A DNA stretch of 42,621 nucleotides from a virus: IMG/VR virus record IMGVR_UViG_3300043681_000019, positions 1 to 42,621 of that record, one strand, 5' to 3'. A model generated the notes under the pieces. The model ran no database searches, was not told the origin of the DNA, and was given only the letters and a program-made list of their open reading frames with translations. The position numbers and the translations under genes are program-made. This document shows positions 16,559 to 23,879 of this stretch, in pieces. How positions within the stretch are numbered: position 1 is the first letter of the stretch; every line of letters starts with the position of its first letter.

Positions 16559-16786
16559 GTGCTGAACACTCTGCGTCGCCTTCCGCTCAAACGTCGCGTG
16601 CGGGTCTACCTGGCCGCGGAGGGCATCACCCAGACCGAACTCGCCGCCCAGGTCGGGATTCGCGCGAATCGGTTGTCGGTGATTCTCTCGGGCCGCGCCA
16701 CGCCGAGCGCGCGCGAGGTGCTCGAACTGGAACGCATCACGGGCATTCCCGCCCGCGACTTCATTGAAATCGAGGCCCACGTATGA
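16559..16786 (+). CDS. Cro-like XRE HTH regulator (75 aa)
   Basis: YLAAEGITQTELAAQVGIRANRLSVILSGRATPSAREVLELERITGIPARDF. Divergent from the repressor gene. Confidence 0.75.
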   Translation: MLNTLRRLPLKRRVRVYLAAEGITQTELAAQVGIRANRLSVILSGRATPSAREVLELERITGIPARDFIEIEAHV

Positions 16787-16983
16787 CTTCGCCCTGGTTG
16801 ACGGCGAGTGAAGCGGCGACCTATCTGCGGTTCGTCGATGCGGAAGGCCGACCCAATACGAAGGCCCTCCGCAAGTATCTGGACAGGCATCCGATTCCCG
16901 TGTCGCGGCTTGGGGGACGGCTCCGATTTCACGTCGATGACATTCACGCGCTGGTCGTCCCGGCGGCCCGGGTCGCCTCATGA
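16783..16983 (+). CDS. Second excisionase-family (HTH_17-like) DNA-binding protein (66 aa)
   Basis: ATGA overlap with the upstream gene. Sequence: SPWLTASEAATYLRF...IPVSRLGGRLRFHVDDIHALV. Confidence 0.65.
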   Translation: MTSPWLTASEAATYLRFVDAEGRPNTKALRKYLDRHPIPVSRLGGRLRFHVDDIHALVVPAARVAS

Positions 16984-17162
16984 AGACACTCACGCAATTC
17001 CTGGCGCGCCTGGCGGAGCTCGTGCGCCGCGAGTTGCGTGCGCGCCAGCGCCGCCGTGAGGCGCGCGATGGTTTCGAGGTCGGTGCGGTGGAATGTCCGC
17101 GGTGCCACCGGCAATTTTCGTTCGCGAGCTACGCCGGTCATCGGTGTGGCTCGGTGCACTAG
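16980..17162 (+). CDS. Small CxxC...HxC protein (60 aa)
   Basis: ATGA overlap at 16980. Contains ECPRCHRQFSFASYAGHRCG. Confidence 0.45.
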   Translation: MKTLTQFLARLAELVRRELRARQRRREARDGFEVGAVECPRCHRQFSFASYAGHRCGSVH

Positions 17163-17169
17163 GAGCGTC

Positions 17170-17571
17170 ATGCAACACAGTCTGGTCGTCGGGCGGGCGC
17201 GAACGGAAGCGAATGGTCTTCGCCGGGATTCGCAGGCAGTTCGCAGCGGTTCACACGGGCCGCGAAGTCTTACGAAGTCCGATCGCGTCGCCGTGAGCAC
17301 GCTCGTGCGCGATGTCATGGCGCGGGTCGGGCTCACGCAGAAAGCGATGGCGCAAAACGCCGCGATTACCGAATCGATGCTGTCCGAGGCGCTCGCGCCG
17401 CACGGGACGCGGCATTTAGCAATGGAGTGGCTCCTCGATCAGGACGATGACTTTCTCATCGTCTTGCTCGAGCAGATCACGGTGTTGCGCGGGCTGACGG
17501 ACCAGGCCAGGCGCGATGTGAAAGCGGCGCGGGTGAGTGAACTCGTGCGGTTGATTTTGGAGTGCGCGTAA
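17170..17571 (+). CDS. HTH regulatory protein (133 aa, from the internal ATG of track ORF 17038..17571)
   Basis: AGGAG at 17161-17165 precedes ATG 17170. Contains VGLTQKAMAQNAAITESMLSEAL. The upstream part of the track ORF is Arg-rich. Confidence 0.6.
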   Translation: MQHSLVVGRARTEANGLRRDSQAVRSGSHGPRSLTKSDRVAVSTLVRDVMARVGLTQKAMAQNAAITESMLSEALAPHGTRHLAMEWLLDQDDDFLIVLLEQITVLRGLTDQARRDVKAARVSELVRLILECA

Positions 17572-17627
17572 CCACCACGGGCCCGGCGGCTGGAACCGCC
17601 GAGCCCTTTTTCAGGAGTGCCCTGGCA

Positions 17628-18296
17628 ATGACAGAGAGAGTATCCATGACCGACGACACGCCCGTCAAGACGGCCTACCGCCTCCCCGACGGGCAGATCA
17701 TCCACGTGCAAGAAGAACTCGCCCGCGGTGCCCAGACGATTGGCTTCACGCTCCGGGGCGGCGAGGTGGTGGATGCGGTCCGCGTGCCGCCCCCCGTCAA
17801 TCGCGTCGTGACCGACCCGCCGCAACGGATGACGCTGGCTGAGCGCGACGCGACCCTTGAAGCGCTCATCCTCGTCATCGCCAAGCTGCTGTATCAGGCG
17901 CGCGAGTGCCACACGCTCGGCGTGGCGTCGGTGATTCCGTTTGAGCATCTGCCGCAGGCGTGGCGGCAGGACTTGCACGACGCGGCCCGGGCCGTCGTCA
18001 TGCACGAATCGCTGCCGCGGCGTCAGGATGCGGATGTGGCCGCGCGGGCGTATCTGACGCGCTGGCTCGAGGCCGAGGCCGTGACGCAGGCCCCCTGGGG
18101 GACGGCGGTGGCGACGCAGGAACGCCGGTTGCTGGAGCGCTTCATCGAGCGCATCACGGGCGGGCTCGGGCCGTCGGTCGTGACCGAAGTCTTGCACAGC
18201 TATCAGGCGGCGCTCTGCGGGCCAGAGACCCGCACGGCGCGGGCCCAGGTTGCCCGGGCGGCGTTCGCCACGCACACGTCTGGAGGTGTCGCATGA
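17628..18296 (+). CDS. Hypothetical early protein (222 aa; alternative start at 17646)
   Basis: Good composition from MTERVSMTDD onward. The stop overlaps the recT start. Confidence 0.6.
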   Translation: MTERVSMTDDTPVKTAYRLPDGQIIHVQEELARGAQTIGFTLRGGEVVDAVRVPPPVNRVVTDPPQRMTLAERDATLEALILVIAKLLYQARECHTLGVASVIPFEHLPQAWRQDLHDAARAVVMHESLPRRQDADVAARAYLTRWLEAEAVTQAPWGTAVATQERRLLERFIERITGGLGPSVVTEVLHSYQAALCGPETRTARAQVARAAFATHTSGGVA

Positions 18297-19087
18297 ACGG
18301 CAACAGCATGACGCTGGTCCCGCCCACCGTCCCCGTGACGGCCATGACGCCGGTCACGTTCACGTCGGACCAAGTCGAACTGATCAAGCGCACGATCGCG
18401 AAAGATGCGACCGATGACGAACTCGCGCTCTTTCTGCATCAATGCAAGCGCACGGGCCTGGACCCGATGACCCGCCAAATCTACGCGATCAAGCGGCAGG
18501 GCAAGATGACTATCCAGACCGCGATCGACGGCTTTCGTTTGATCGCCCAGCGGACTGGCGAATATCGCGGGCAGGTCGGCCCGTTCTGGTGCGGCGAGGA
18601 TGGCGTCTGGAAAGACGTATGGCTCGACAAGCGGCCGCCGGCCGCGGCCAAGGTCGGGGTCTTGCGGGAACACTTTCAGGAGCCGTGCTGGGGCGTGGCG
18701 CGGTTTGACGCCTATGCCCAACCGCTCACCTACGCCAACGGGCAACTGAGTCTGTGGGGAAAGATGGGCGACACGATGATCGCCAAGTGCGCCGAGGCCC
18801 TGGGCTTTCGGAAGGGGTTCCCGCAAGAACTCTCCGGCCTCTACACCAGCGATGAAATGGAGCAGGCCGACACGACACCAGTCGCGAGCGCGCCGCGCGT
18901 GGTCGTCGAGCCCGCCGTACCCAATGGATTCGACGAATGGTGGCAAGACCTACAGCAGGTCGCGCACGAGGGCCGCGAGGTCCTCCGCGAGACGTGGCTC
19001 GCCAGTCCCCAGGTCTTCCGCAAGTACCTGATCGAGACCAACAACGCAGCGTGGGAAGCCCTCAAACGTTCGACGGTGGCGGCATGA
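18293..19087 (+). CDS. recT: RecT/Bet-family single-strand annealing protein (264 aa)
   Basis: ATGA overlap at 18293. Contains LFLHQCKRTGLDPMTRQIYAIKRQGKMTIQTAIDGFRLIAQRTGEYRG. Confidence 0.85.
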   Translation: MNGNSMTLVPPTVPVTAMTPVTFTSDQVELIKRTIAKDATDDELALFLHQCKRTGLDPMTRQIYAIKRQGKMTIQTAIDGFRLIAQRTGEYRGQVGPFWCGEDGVWKDVWLDKRPPAAAKVGVLREHFQEPCWGVARFDAYAQPLTYANGQLSLWGKMGDTMIAKCAEALGFRKGFPQELSGLYTSDEMEQADTTPVASAPRVVVEPAVPNGFDEWWQDLQQVAHEGREVLRETWLASPQVFRKYLIETNNAAWEALKRSTVAA

Positions 19088-19725
19088 AAATCCACGTCGT
19101 CGATCAACGCTCGCCGGAATGGCGCCAGTTGCGCGCGGGCAAACTCACGGGCAGCCGGGCGAAGCACATCCTGGCGGCCGGACGCGGCAAAGAGGAAGCC
19201 GTCGGCCGGCGGGACCTGCGCTATCAACTGGCCGCCGAACGGCTGACCGGCGAACCGCAAGAGGACACGTTTGCCAATGGCGCGATGCAGTGGGGCATTG
19301 ACCACGAGGCCGCCGCGGTCGCCGCATATGAGGCGGTGACCGGGCAAATGGTCGAGGCCATCGGGTTCTGCGAGCACGACACACTGCTCGCCGGCACCTC
19401 GCCCGATGGCTTCGTCGGCGCCGACGGCCTCCTGTCGATCAAGTGTCCGAAGACCTCGACTCACGTGGGCTATCTCCGCGCGGACACGGAGCCCAGCGAA
19501 TATGTCGCGCAGAACACCCATGAACTCTGGCTCACCGGCCGCGCGTGGATCGATTTCGTGTCGTTCGATCCGCGCCTGCCCGAGCTCCTGCAACTGCTCA
19601 TCGTGCGCGTGACACGCACGCCCGAGCAACTCGAGACGTACGGCCAGGCGGTGGCGCTCTTTCTCCGTCAGGTCGACGACGAAGTGACCGCCCTGAAGAC
19701 GATGAAAGGCCGGAGGGCCGCCTAA
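19084..19725 (+). CDS. YqaJ/lambda-Exo-like recombination exonuclease (213 aa)
   Basis: ATGA overlap at 19084. Contains QRSPEWRQLRAGKLTGSRA and DGLLSIKCPK, consistent with a PD-(D/E)XK fold. Confidence 0.85.
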   Translation: MKIHVVDQRSPEWRQLRAGKLTGSRAKHILAAGRGKEEAVGRRDLRYQLAAERLTGEPQEDTFANGAMQWGIDHEAAAVAAYEAVTGQMVEAIGFCEHDTLLAGTSPDGFVGADGLLSIKCPKTSTHVGYLRADTEPSEYVAQNTHELWLTGRAWIDFVSFDPRLPELLQLLIVRVTRTPEQLETYGQAVALFLRQVDDEVTALKTMKGRRAA

Positions 19726-20000
19726 TGGCGTACGAGAAAGATCCGAATGAGCTGGGCGCGCTGTGGCTCAAGACGGGCACGAAGGGCGAGTACTTGAGCG
19801 GCACGATCGACGGTATCGGCGCGGTCGTCTGCTTCAAAGCGAAGCCGACCGAGAAGGGCCCGACGTGGCGCGTGTTGAAGTCGCAGCCGCGCGAGGACAG
19901 CGCGAGCCTGCGCCGGCGCGATGCGCGCGAGGACGGCCCACGACGATCGCGGGTGGATGACGCGGATGACGCCCGGCTCGACGACGAGGACGGCTTCTAG
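19725..20000 (+). CDS. Small protein (91 aa) with a DUF736-like N-terminus and an SSB-like acidic C-terminal tip
   Basis: TAATG overlap at 19725. N-terminus: GALWLKTGTKGEYLSGTIDG..VVCFKAKPTEKGPTWRVLKS. The protein ends ...DDADDARLDDEDGF. Confidence 0.6.
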   Translation: MAYEKDPNELGALWLKTGTKGEYLSGTIDGIGAVVCFKAKPTEKGPTWRVLKSQPREDSASLRRRDAREDGPRRSRVDDADDARLDDEDGF

Positions 20001-20460
20001 CTTTCTCGGGTTCTGCGATGACGCCGGCCATTTTCAGGTCGACGATCGCGCGGCGTTTCGTGCGTACATGGCCGCGCACTTCTCGGGCCAAGAAGTCGTG
20101 GTCACGGTGCAGCCCAAGACGCGCGCGCGCAGCCTGCGGGCAAACGCTTACTACTGGGGGGTCGTGGTGGACGCGGCGGTGGAGGCGACGGGGCAGGACG
20201 CGGACACGATCCATGCGTTCTGGTGCGAGCAGTTCTTGCCGAGTGAAGCCAAGCGGCTGGAGTTTTTCAACACGATGACGAAACAACGCATCAAGGTCAC
20301 GGTCGACACGCGGCGCACGTCGTCATTGACGGGCCAGCCCTTCTACGACTTCGTCGAAGAGTGCCGCCTCTGGCTGCAGGAATGGCTCGGCGTCACCACC
20401 CAGGACCCCGATCCGGCCTACTGGCGCAAACGCGGACAGACGCAGGAGGTGACGGCATGA
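19957..20460 (+). CDS. Possible NinB/Orf-like recombination mediator (167 aa; start uncertain)
   Basis: VVVTVQPKTRARSLRANAYYWGVVV...TIHAFW resembles the NinB pattern, from memory only. Follows recT/exo. Confidence 0.5.
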   Translation: MTRMTPGSTTRTASSFLGFCDDAGHFQVDDRAAFRAYMAAHFSGQEVVVTVQPKTRARSLRANAYYWGVVVDAAVEATGQDADTIHAFWCEQFLPSEAKRLEFFNTMTKQRIKVTVDTRRTSSLTGQPFYDFVEECRLWLQEWLGVTTQDPDPAYWRKRGQTQEVTA

Positions 20461-20669
20461 AGACGACAGCCCATAGCCATCGGTGCGATCGGTGCGGCCA
20501 GGAGTTCGCGTGCGAGGGCGCGGAGTTTACCAACTACGACGGGGACCCGCTCGTCGTCTGCGAGTGGTTCCACGTGCGGGCGATGACCCTGTGCGCGTCG
20601 TGCGAGGCGTGGCTTGAGGGCGACGGCGACCTCGTGGGCGACGCGATCGAGGACCGGAGCGCCGTCTGA
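20457..20669 (+). CDS. Cys-rich small protein (70 aa)
   Basis: ATGA overlap at 20457. Contains HRCDRCGQEFACEG...CASCEAW. Confidence 0.55.
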   Translation: MKTTAHSHRCDRCGQEFACEGAEFTNYDGDPLVVCEWFHVRAMTLCASCEAWLEGDGDLVGDAIEDRSAV

Positions 20670-20905
20670 TGTTGCGCTGGATCTTGTCCCTGCTCGGCGT
20701 CGATGATGCGCCCGATTCGGCGTGGGCGCCCACGGGCATCGCCGTCAAGTTTCGCGGCCACGACGAGAGCAAGGCACGGACCCGCTGGGAGCAGCAGGAG
20801 GCCGAAGCCGCCGCCTGTCGCGAGGCGTCGTTGCGAGCCCAAGCGACGGTCGCGCGCAAGGGTCGCGCGAAGGCGACGGAGTTTCCTCGCGAGGTTCCCC
20901 AATGA
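20669..20905 (+). CDS. Hypothetical protein (78 aa)
   Basis: TGATG overlap at 20669 and ATGA overlap at 20902. Confidence 0.45.
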   Translation: MLRWILSLLGVDDAPDSAWAPTGIAVKFRGHDESKARTRWEQQEAEAAACREASLRAQATVARKGRAKATEFPREVPQ

Positions 20906-21240
20906 CGCCGACACGGATTCAGCGGTCGCGCCGCAAGGGCTGGAAGATGCCCGCGAACGCGGTGTATGTCGGGCGGCCGACAAAGTGGGGGAATCCGTTC
21001 CGTCTTGGAAATCCAGGACCGGATGACTGCATGGTCTGCGCGGATCGCGTTGAGCTGGTGGGGAAATATCGCAGCGAGTTGACCACGTTCGCGGGGGCCG
21101 GGTCCTTCGTGCGCGTCACGGTAGATGAGATCCAACGAGAGCTGCGCGGGAGGGATCTCGTTTGCTGGTGTCCGCTCGATCAGCCTTGCCACGCCGATGT
21201 CCTCTTGGAACTGGCCAGTCAACCGGTGGCGACCTCATGA
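20902..21240 (+). CDS. DUF4326-family protein (112 aa)
   Basis: RRKGWKMPANAVYVGRPTKWGNPF ... LRGRDLVCWCPLDQPCHADVLLE. Confidence 0.75.
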   Translation: MTPTRIQRSRRKGWKMPANAVYVGRPTKWGNPFRLGNPGPDDCMVCADRVELVGKYRSELTTFAGAGSFVRVTVDEIQRELRGRDLVCWCPLDQPCHADVLLELASQPVATS

Positions 21241-21629
21241 TCCAACCCTCCTTGCTCGATGTCGTCCAGCGCGAACAACGGCCGTGGAAAGTCTCCCGCC
21301 GCACGAGTCGCGCGGCGTTCTACGAAGCCGAACTGCACGGCCGGATTCGCGGACGCGAGGCCATCGTCGGCCGCGCGCTGCGGGGCTTGTGGAATCGCCA
21401 TCAACGCAGTGCCACGAGTTCGCATCTCGCGCGCTGGATTCAACTCGCCGGCAAGGACTGGGTCGGGCGCGAAGGGTTCTGGATTCTCATCGAGACCCGA
21501 CGCGCGCTCAGTGGACTGCGGAAGAAGGGCCTCGCCGACACGGCCGATGTCGGCTTGCGCGAACTGCGGTGGCGCTGGCGCGAAGCCGGCACGGGCGAAC
21601 GACCGACCGAGCACCGGAGGGCGTCGTAG
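21237..21629 (+). CDS. Hypothetical protein, possibly winged-helix (130 aa)
   Basis: ATGA overlap at 21237. The internal ATG of track ORF 21162..21629 was used. Confidence 0.55.
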   Translation: MIQPSLLDVVQREQRPWKVSRRTSRAAFYEAELHGRIRGREAIVGRALRGLWNRHQRSATSSHLARWIQLAGKDWVGREGFWILIETRRALSGLRKKGLADTADVGLRELRWRWREAGTGERPTEHRRAS

Positions 21630-21733
21630 AGCAAACGATGAGATTGACGGCCTAGGGTCTGCAGCCCGAAGAGCGCCTTCCCAGCGCCTGGCCGTCGATG
21701 TAACGCAACAGGGAACCTACTGGGAGGTAGGGC

Positions 21734-22321
21734 ATGGCGATTGGCGTGCGAACGCGGTTTGAGGTGTTCAAGCGTGACGATTTCACGTGTGGCTACTGTG
21801 GCAGACGGTCCCCGGAAGTGGTGCTCGAGGTGGACCATATCCACCCCGTCTGTCACGGGGGATCGGACGACGCGATCAATCTGTTTACCGCGTGCTGGGA
21901 GTGCAACCGCGGCAAGGGTGGCGTGCCGTTGGACGAAGTCCTCACAGGCGAAGATCCGCACGACCGCGCTGTGCTCATCCTCGAACGGGAACGCCAACTC
22001 AAGGAATACAACCAGGTCCTCCAAGAAGAGAACTGGCGCCGAGAGCAAGAGGCGTGGGCGCTCGTGCGCTTTTGGAAGGAAGAGCAGGGCTACACGGGCG
22101 AAGACCTGGAGACGATCAACCGGATCGACTACCGCTGGCTCAAGAGCGCCTTGCAACACTGCCCACGGGAAAAGATCCGCGAATTCATGGAAATCGCGCT
22201 GGGTCGTGGCTTGACGAAGAACCTCCGGTACGTGGCGGGATGTGTGCGGAATTGGCGCTACGAAAAGGCCGCTGATGACGATACGCCACGGGGCAGCAAT
22301 CAGGACGATTACGGCAGGTGA
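21734..22321 (+). CDS. HNH endonuclease (195 aa)
   Basis: FKRDDFTCGYCG...LEVDHIHPVCHGGSDDAINLFTACWECNRGKG. GGGAGG lies upstream of the ATG. Confidence 0.85.
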   Translation: MAIGVRTRFEVFKRDDFTCGYCGRRSPEVVLEVDHIHPVCHGGSDDAINLFTACWECNRGKGGVPLDEVLTGEDPHDRAVLILERERQLKEYNQVLQEENWRREQEAWALVRFWKEEQGYTGEDLETINRIDYRWLKSALQHCPREKIREFMEIALGRGLTKNLRYVAGCVRNWRYEKAADDDTPRGSNQDDYGR

Positions 22322-22328
22322 ACCAGTA

Positions 22329-23126
22329 GTGAGTTATTACGGCATTCTCTTACCGGGCTTCTGGGACGGCGAGACCGGCGAGGCCATCGCAAAAGCCGGA
22401 GGCAGCCAGGCGCAACTCGTCGCGCTCTATTTCATGGCCAATCAGGACGCGAACATGCTCGGGCTCTACCGTGCCCGCCTGCCCATGATTCGGGAGCGCA
22501 TCCGTACCTTGTCCGCGAAGGCGCTGGAACGCGCCATCATGGCGTGCGGGGAAGCCCAGTTTGCGGACTACGACCTGACCACCGAGCACGTATGGGTCCG
22601 CGAGATGGCCAAATATCGTCTCGGGCTCCACAACGGCCCCATCAAACCGGACGACAATCGCACCAAGGGCGCAATCCATCTCTACGCCAAGCTGCCGGCC
22701 AATCCGTTTCTCGGTCCGTTTTTCAAGAGATACCGAGCAGATTTGCATCTTCCGAAGGCAAGGACCTATCAAGGCCCTTGGAAGCCCCTTGGAAGCCCAC
22801 CCAAAGGTCCTTCCAAGCCCCTTGGAAGCCCCTTCCAAGCCCCTTGGAAGCCAGATAACAGTAAACAGAGAACAGATCACAGTACACAGGTACAGAACGA
22901 GCAGTTAGATCAAGAGCAGTGCGCTGACGCGCACCGCGTGCTCGTGAAACTGGCGCATCTGGTGCTCGATGCCCTCAACCCCGACGCCGAATGGCCCCCT
23001 ATCAGCGAGCTCTGCGAACGCCTGAAAGACGCCGCCGCTCGCTACGGCCTTCCGCATCGCACCGGCCGCGAGATCACCGCGGCGATGGATTCAGCCATCG
23101 CGCAACGGCAGCGGCGGGCCTCGTAA
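22329..23126 (+). CDS. Putative replication initiator/organiser (265 aa from GTG 22329) carrying the iteron array
   Basis: AGGTG lies 9 nt upstream of the GTG. The N-terminus YYGILLPGFWDGETGEAIAKAGGSQAQLVALYFMAN resembles replisome-organiser N-domains. Eleven-bp iterons are embedded mid-gene, as in lambda O. Confidence 0.55.
   Translation: MSYYGILLPGFWDGETGEAIAKAGGSQAQLVALYFMANQDANMLGLYRARLPMIRERIRTLSAKALERAIMACGEAQFADYDLTTEHVWVREMAKYRLGLHNGPIKPDDNRTKGAIHLYAKLPANPFLGPFFKRYRADLHLPKARTYQGPWKPLGSPPKGPSKPLGSPFQAPWKPDNSKQRTDHSTQVQNEQLDQEQCADAHRVLVKLAHLVLDALNPDAEWPPISELCERLKDAAARYGLPHRTGREITAAMDSAIAQRQRRAS
22776..22852. repeat. Seven phased 11-bp iterons (CCTTGGAAGCC / CCTTCCAAGCC): candidate origin of replication
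   Basis: Units at 22776, 22787, 22798 (degenerate), 22809, 22820, 22831 and 22842, contiguous with an exact 11-bp period. The cores TTGGAA and TTCCAA are reverse complements. An A/T-richer ACAG-repeat stretch follows at 22853-22920. Confidence 0.8.
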
Positions 23127-23482
23127 TGGCGGCCACCTGGACGATCGCGCGTGGCGCCGACCGGTGTGGCGGGCCCTGCGGTGGAACCATCGCGGCCGGG
23201 GATCTGCTGCTCGAAATCCGCCTCGCCGGCGTGAAGGTCGGGACTCCGCCGAAGCTGCGTTGTCAATCGTGCGGCGCGCTCTTCGCGCCGTTGACGGACG
23301 AGGCCATCGCGCGGGCGCAGGCGGCCTGGGTCGACGTGCGCGAGCGCGAGGCGCTGCACCAGGCGGCGGCCCCGGTCATCCGGCATCGGCTGGTCCGGAC
23401 GCCGCAGTCGTGGGCCTCGATGCAGGAGTCGGCGGGGAAGTTGTTTGACTTCGGCAAGGCCGCGGCGGGGGACCGGGAATGA
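23126..23482 (+). CDS. Hypothetical Cys-containing protein (118 aa)
   Basis: TAATG overlap at 23126. Contains CGGPCGG...RCQSCG. Confidence 0.55.
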   Translation: MAATWTIARGADRCGGPCGGTIAAGDLLLEIRLAGVKVGTPPKLRCQSCGALFAPLTDEAIARAQAAWVDVREREALHQAAAPVIRHRLVRTPQSWASMQESAGKLFDFGKAAAGDRE

Positions 23483-23670
23483 TGCCGGTGAAGCGCCCGT
23501 GCCTGCACGGCTGGCATGTGGCCTGCCGCGCGTGTGCCGCCATCGCCGATGCACTCGACGCGCAATTCCAGCGCGACGTATTTTTCGGCGTCTACAACGC
23601 CCGTGGGTACACGCCGGAGGAATGGGCCGCGAAACAGCGACGCGATCGCGATCGGCGGGCCGCTGCATGA
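23479..23670 (+). CDS. Hypothetical protein (63 aa)
   Basis: ATGA overlaps at both ends. Confidence 0.5.
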   Translation: MMPVKRPCLHGWHVACRACAAIADALDAQFQRDVFFGVYNARGYTPEEWAAKQRRDRDRRAAA

Positions 23671-23879
23671 CAGCCCGGGAGAAGTTTCACATTGGCCAAC
23701 CTGTGACGCTGACCGCGGAGGCGATCCAGCGAAAAATCTCCCGTCACGTCGAGCACGGCGTCGTGGTCGGTTTCGGCGACCGATCGACGCTCGTGTGGAT
23801 TCAGCGGGAGGGGCGCAAGTCCCGGGAGAGCTATCACATGGATTTTTGGGAACCGGACGCACGCCGGGACACGGTATGA
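23667..23879 (+). CDS. Hypothetical protein (70 aa)
   Basis: ATGA overlaps at 23667 and 23876. Normal composition. Confidence 0.55.
   Translation: MTAREKFHIGQPVTLTAEAIQRKISRHVEHGVVVGFGDRSTLVWIQREGRKSRESYHMDFWEPDARRDTV

Noticed and set aside
16467-16560. Defined operator repeats for CI/Cro
   Set aside because: I looked for repeated dyads (for example TAGT..ACTA and AATACT..AGTATT). I found only short imperfect matches that would be expected by chance in an AT-rich stretch, so no operator is claimed.
22776-22852. CRISPR-like mini-array
   Set aside because: The units are 11 bp long, contiguous with no spacers, and lie inside a coding region. They are iterons or a tandem repeat, not a CRISPR array. 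No other repeat-spacer structure was seen in the window.
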